Below the pieces are notes generated by a model, which was given only the letters and a program-made list of their open reading frames with translations, was not told where the DNA came from and searched no databases. A stretch of 64,000 nucleotides of DNA from Deltaproteobacteria bacterium (GTDB lineage Bacteria; Myxococcota; Myxococcia; Myxococcales; Anaeromyxobacteraceae). Positions 60,272 to 64,000 of this stretch are shown in pieces. The DNA lies in assembly GCA_037129355.1 (NCBI GenBank), contig JBAXVO010000001.1, positions 465-64,464 of the forward strand. The letters are read 5' to 3'. Numbering within the stretch: position 1 is the first letter of the stretch; every line of letters starts with the position of its first letter. The position numbers were made by a program, and so were the translations under genes.

Positions 60272-61327
60272 ATGAAGTTCTCGACCCGCCCCTACCTCGC
60301 GGTCGCTGCCGCCCTCGGCGCGCTGGCCTGCACCTCCCCGTCCACCACCCAGGCCAAGGCCGCGCCCGCCGCCGACCCGAATGCCCCGGTCGCCAAGATC
60401 GGCACCGAGGTCATCTCGGCCAAGGAACTCGAGGACTTCGCCAAGGGCGATCTCAAGAAGCTCGAGAGCCAGTTCCAGGAGCAGCTGTACCAGACCAAGC
60501 GCCAGGCGCTCGACACCATCATCATGAAGCGGCTCGTCGAGGCCAAGGCCAAGGCGGCCGGCAAGTCGCCCGAGGAGTTCGTCCAGGCCGAGGTGATGTC
60601 GCGGATCCCGCCCACCACCGACGCCGAGGTCCAGCAGGTGTACGACGCCGCCAAGGCCCAGGGGCGCGACCTTCCCCCCATCGCCCAGGTGAAGGACACC
60701 ATCGTCCGCTACGTGCAGCAGCAGAAGGCCCAGGCGGCCGCCCAGGCCTACTACGACAAGCTGAAGGCCGACGCCAAGGTGGAGATCCTGCTTCCCCCGT
60801 ACCGCGCGCCCCGCCAGCAGGTCGAGGCGAAGGGCCCGTCGCGCGGCCCGGCCACCGCCCCGATCACCATCGTCGAGTTCTCCGACTTCGAGTGCCCGTA
60901 CTGCAGCCGCGCCGAGGAGACCGTCTCCGAGGTCATGCGGGTCTACGGCGACAAGATCCGGCTCGTCTACCGCGACCTGCCGCTCCCCAACCACAAGAAC
61001 GCCCCCAAGGCCGCCGAGGCGGCGCACTGCGCCGGCGAGCAGGGCAAGTACTGGGAGATGCACGCCAAGCTCTTCGCCAACCAGCGCGCCCTCGAGGTCC
61101 CGGCCCTGAAGGGCTACGCGAAGGACCTGAAGCTCGACCAGGCCAAGTTCGACAAGTGCCTCGACTCCGGCGCCACCGCCGCCATCGTCGAGGAGAACCG
61201 CAAGGTCGGGAACGAGGCGGGCGTGAACGGCACGCCGGCCTTCTTCGTGAACGGCGTCCTCATCTCCGGCGCGCAGCCCTTCGACGCCTTCAAGGAAGTC
61301 ATCGACGCCGAGCTGGCCCAGAAGTAG
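60272..61327 (+). CDS. DsbA-family thiol:disulfide oxidoreductase lipoprotein with N-terminal helical (SurA-N-like) domain
   Basis: Real part of chimeric ORF 59318..61327. ATG 60272 with AGGAG upstream. Lipobox LGALAC. Thioredoxin-fold active site CPYC. Confidence 0.85.
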   Translation: MKFSTRPYLAVAAALGALACTSPSTTQAKAAPAADPNAPVAKIGTEVISAKELEDFAKGDLKKLESQFQEQLYQTKRQALDTIIMKRLVEAKAKAAGKSPEEFVQAEVMSRIPPTTDAEVQQVYDAAKAQGRDLPPIAQVKDTIVRYVQQQKAQAAAQAYYDKLKADAKVEILLPPYRAPRQQVEAKGPSRGPATAPITIVEFSDFECPYCSRAEETVSEVMRVYGDKIRLVYRDLPLPNHKNAPKAAEAAHCAGEQGKYWEMHAKLFANQRALEVPALKGYAKDLKLDQAKFDKCLDSGATAAIVEENRKVGNEAGVNGTPAFFVNGVLISGAQPFDAFKEVIDAELAQK

Positions 61328-61389
61328 GCGACTCGGATTGGCGAGCCCGGCGCCGCCCCGCTAAGGAAGGGGTGGGCCGGGCTTTCCTC

Positions 61390-62499
61390 ATGGGCGCATA
61401 CGACCACGGAAACATCTCCGCCATCGCGGAGCGACGGAAGACGCGGGGCATCCGCGTCGGCCCGGTCCCCATCGGCGCCGGTGCGCCGGTGGCGGTCCAG
61501 TCGATGACCACCACCCAGACGGCCGACGTCGAGGGAACCCTCGCGCAGATCCGGGCGCTGGCGGCGGAGGGGGCCGACATCGTGCGGGTCGCCGTCCCCG
61601 ACGGCGAGGCCGCCGCGGCGCTCGCCGCCATCGTCCGCGGCTCGCCGGTCCCGCTCGTCTCCGACATCCACTTCGACTACCGGCTGGCGCTCCAGGCCAT
61701 CGCGGCCGGCATCCACTGCGTGCGGCTCAACCCCGGCAACATCGGGAGCCAGGACCGCGTCCGCGAGGTGGTGAAGGCGGCCCGCGAGCGCAACGTCCCC
61801 ATCCGCATCGGCGTGAACGCCGGCTCGCTCGAGGAGGACATCGTCGCGAAGCACGGGTGGCCCACCGCCGAGGGGATGGTGGAGAGCGCCGAGCGCCACA
61901 TCCGGCTCCTCGAGGACGAGGGCTACCGGGAGATCAAGGTCTCGCTGAAGGCCCACGACATCGGGATGACGGTGGCGGCGAACCGCCTCTTCTCGCTCCG
62001 CTTCGACTACCCGCTCCACCTCGGCATCACCGAGGCCGGCACCCTCATGACCGGCACCATCAAGAGCGCCGCCGGGCTCGGCATCCTGCTCGCCGCCGGC
62101 ATCGGCGACACGCTGCGGGTCTCGCTGGCCGCCGACCCGGTCGAGGAGGTCAAGGTCGCCCGCAGCCTCCTCAAGTCGCTCGGCCTCAAGTTCGGCGGGG
62201 CCACGCTGACCGCCTGTCCCACCTGCGGCCGCTGCTCGGTGGCCATGATCCCCATCGCCGAGCGGGTGGAGCAGCGCCTCTCCAAGCTCAAGGGCGAGGT
62301 GAACGTCGCGGTCATGGGCTGCGAGGTCAACGGCCCGGGCGAGGCGGCCGCCGCCGACGTGGGCGTGGCCTACGGGCACGGCGGGGTCGGCCTGCTCTTC
62401 AAGGCCGGCAAGATCGTGAAGCGGATGAAGGCCGAGGAGCTCGAGGAGGCGCTGGTCGCCGAGGCCGAGCGCATCTCGGCCGAGCGCGAGGCGAAGTAG
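61390..62499 (+). CDS. ispG: 4-hydroxy-3-methylbut-2-en-1-yl diphosphate synthase
   Basis: Real part of chimeric ORF 60892..62499, ATG 61390. Canonical IspG sequence (VQSMTTT, DIHFDYRLA, CPTCGRC, GCEVNGPGEA). Confidence 0.95.
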   Translation: MGAYDHGNISAIAERRKTRGIRVGPVPIGAGAPVAVQSMTTTQTADVEGTLAQIRALAAEGADIVRVAVPDGEAAAALAAIVRGSPVPLVSDIHFDYRLALQAIAAGIHCVRLNPGNIGSQDRVREVVKAARERNVPIRIGVNAGSLEEDIVAKHGWPTAEGMVESAERHIRLLEDEGYREIKVSLKAHDIGMTVAANRLFSLRFDYPLHLGITEAGTLMTGTIKSAAGLGILLAAGIGDTLRVSLAADPVEEVKVARSLLKSLGLKFGGATLTACPTCGRCSVAMIPIAERVEQRLSKLKGEVNVAVMGCEVNGPGEAAAADVGVAYGHGGVGLLFKAGKIVKRMKAEELEEALVAEAERISAEREAK

Positions 62500-62504
62500 C
62501 AGCG

Positions 62505-63251
62505 CTACGCTTCGGAAGGGGCGCCGAGGTAGGCCGCCTGCACCCGCGGATCGGCCGCCAGCTCCGACGACGGTCCCTCGAGCACGATGCGCCCCCGCTC
62601 CAGCACGTAGGCGTGGTTCGAGACCTGGAGGGCGAGCCGGGCGTTCTGCTCGACGAGAAGAACGGTGGCCCCCTCCCGGTGGATCTCCTCGACCAGGTCG
62701 AAGACGCGCCGCACGAGCAGCGGCGCGAGCCCCATCGACGGCTCGTCGAGGAGCAGGATCCGGGGGGACATGAGGAGCGCCCGGGCGAAGGCGAGCATCT
62801 GCTGCTCCCCGCCGGAGAGCGACCCGGCCGGCAGGCGGCGGCGTTCCCCGAGCACCGGGAAGCGCGCGTACTGGGCCTCGATGCGTCGGCGCTGCTCGGC
62901 GACGGGCGGCCGCGGCTTGCGGGCCTCGGCGGCCAGCACCAGGTTCTCCTCGATGCTCATGCGGGCGAGGATGCTCCGTCCCTCGGGGACGAGGACGATG
63001 CCCTGCTCGACGGCACGGTGGGCGGGAAGCCCGGTGACGTCCCGCCCCTCGAGGAGCACCTGGCCGCGCTGCGGCCGCAGGAGCCCCGCCACCGCCGCCA
63101 GCGTGCTCGTCTTCCCCGCGCCGTTCGGGCCGATGAGGGTGACCACCTTCCCGGCGTCCACCCGGAGCGAGATGCCGTTCACGGCGTGGACGTGCCCGTA
63201 GGAGACGTGGAGGTCCCGGATCTCCAGCAGCGGCGCGCCCGGCGGGCTCAC
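62505..63251 (-). CDS. livF: branched-chain amino acid ABC transporter ATP-binding protein
   Basis: Walker A GPNGAGKT, signature LSGGEQQM, Walker B LLLDEPS. LivF-type length. Confidence 0.9.
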   Translation of the reverse strand: MSPPGAPLLEIRDLHVSYGHVHAVNGISLRVDAGKVVTLIGPNGAGKTSTLAAVAGLLRPQRGQVLLEGRDVTGLPAHRAVEQGIVLVPEGRSILARMSIEENLVLAAEARKPRPPVAEQRRRIEAQYARFPVLGERRRLPAGSLSGGEQQMLAFARALLMSPRILLLDEPSMGLAPLLVRRVFDLVEEIHREGATVLLVEQNARLALQVSNHAYVLERGRIVLEGPSSELAADPRVQAAYLGAPSEA

Positions 63252-64000
63252 GCGGCCGCCTCCCCACCCAGGTAGGCGGCGATGACGGCCGGGTCGCGCC
63301 CCACCTCGGCCGGCGTCCCGTCGGCGATCACCTTCCCGAAGTCGAGGACGGTGATGCGGTCGCAGACGGCCATGACCAGCTTCACGTTGTGCTCGACGAG
63401 GAGCACCGAGTGGCCGGCGCGGGCCACCCCGCGGATGAGGTCGGCGATGGCGGTCACCTCGCCCGGGTTCATCCCGGCGGTGGGCTCGTCGAGGAGCATC
63501 ACCCGGGGCGAGGAGGCGAGCGCCCGGGCGATCTCGACGCGCCGCTGCTCGCCGTAGGAGAGGTTGCTGGCCCGCTCGTGGGCGCGCTCCGACATCCCCA
63601 CCCGGTCGAGCAGGGCCTCCGCGGCCGTGCGCGCGGCCCGCTCCTCGACGGCGGCCGAGGGAAGGAAGGCCATGCGGCGCCAGAGAGGGGCGTGCCGCTT
63701 CAGGTGGGCCCCCACGAGGACGTTGTCGGCGGCGGTGAGCGCCGGGAAGAGCCGGATGTTCTGGTAGGTCCGGGTGATGCCGCGCGCGGCGATGACGTGG
63801 CTCGCCTGCCCGTCGATGCGCTCCCCGTCGAGCACGATGGCGCCCGAGGTGGGCGGGATGAGTCCGGAGACGAGGTTGAGCAGCGTGGTCTTGCCGGCGC
63901 CGTTCGGGCCGATCAGGCCGTGCACCTCGCCGGTCCCCACCTCGAGGGAGACCCCGTCGACCGCGGCCAGCCCCCCGAAGGTCCGCCGGACGCCCTGGAG
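63248..64000 (-). CDS. livG: branched-chain amino acid ABC transporter ATP-binding protein (5' end outside window)
   Basis: Walker A GPNGAGKTT, signature LSYGEQRR, Walker B MLLDEPTAG, LivG-type C-terminal motif. The reading frame stays open to position 64000 (..LQGVRRTFGGLAAVDGVSLEV..), so the start lies beyond the window. 4-nt overlap with livF. Confidence 0.88.
   Translation of the reverse strand, partial: LQGVRRTFGGLAAVDGVSLEVGTGEVHGLIGPNGAGKTTLLNLVSGLIPPTSGAIVLDGERIDGQASHVIAARGITRTYQNIRLFPALTAADNVLVGAHLKRHAPLWRRMAFLPSAAVEERAARTAAEALLDRVGMSERAHERASNLSYGEQRRVEIARALASSPRVMLLDEPTAGMNPGEVTAIADLIRGVARAGHSVLLVEHNVKLVMAVCDRITVLDFGKVIADGTPAEVGRDPAVIAAYLGGEAAA

Overview
Very GC-rich bacterial chromosomal segment (clearly above 70% G+C by eye, with codon third positions almost all G/C). 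Gene content and protein sequences suggest a Myxococcota, Anaeromyxobacter-like genome; that taxonomic call is inference only. I resolve 49 protein-coding genes, one cut by the window end. Nearly all other six-frame ORFs, including the 1737-, 2183- and 1519-aa ones, are GC-driven shadow ORFs or chimeras in which only one segment is real. Gene order: chaA-like antiporter; glyoxylate-shunt operon (long isocitrate lyase plus atypical long malate synthase); CxxCH haem-binding protein; sigma54-type response regulator and HAMP histidine kinase, divergent from cusCBA; SAM methyltransferase; second tripartite RND pump with a translationally coupled sphingomyelin-synthase-like PAP2_C protein; TatT-type (TPAT) TRAP transporter; alpha/beta hydrolase; overlapping RNase-H-like/UDG pair; rpe; [LETM1-like]-fmt-rsmB operon; recA; a ~15 kb Wzx/Wzy-dependent polysaccharide locus (beta-helix lipoprotein, WecA-like initiator, four GT4, one GT26, acetyltransferase, Wzy, Wzx, fused Wzc); PQQ sugar dehydrogenase; glmU-glmS; ggt; tatD-like; moaC; trxB; cNMP-binding protein; tam; DsbA-like lipoprotein; ispG; livF/livG. 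I saw no rRNA, tRNA, CRISPR array, transposase/integrase or prophage genes. The best leads are: (1) a LETM1-like protein in the position normally held by def in the def-fmt-rsmB operon; (2) an overlapping RNase-H-like/UDG gene pair; (3) a bacterial sphingomyelin-synthase-like gene coupled to an RND/TolC operon; (4) a candidate sigma54-driven small RNA unit bracketed by two minus-strand terminators. All functional calls rest on reading the translations by eye, with no database search run.
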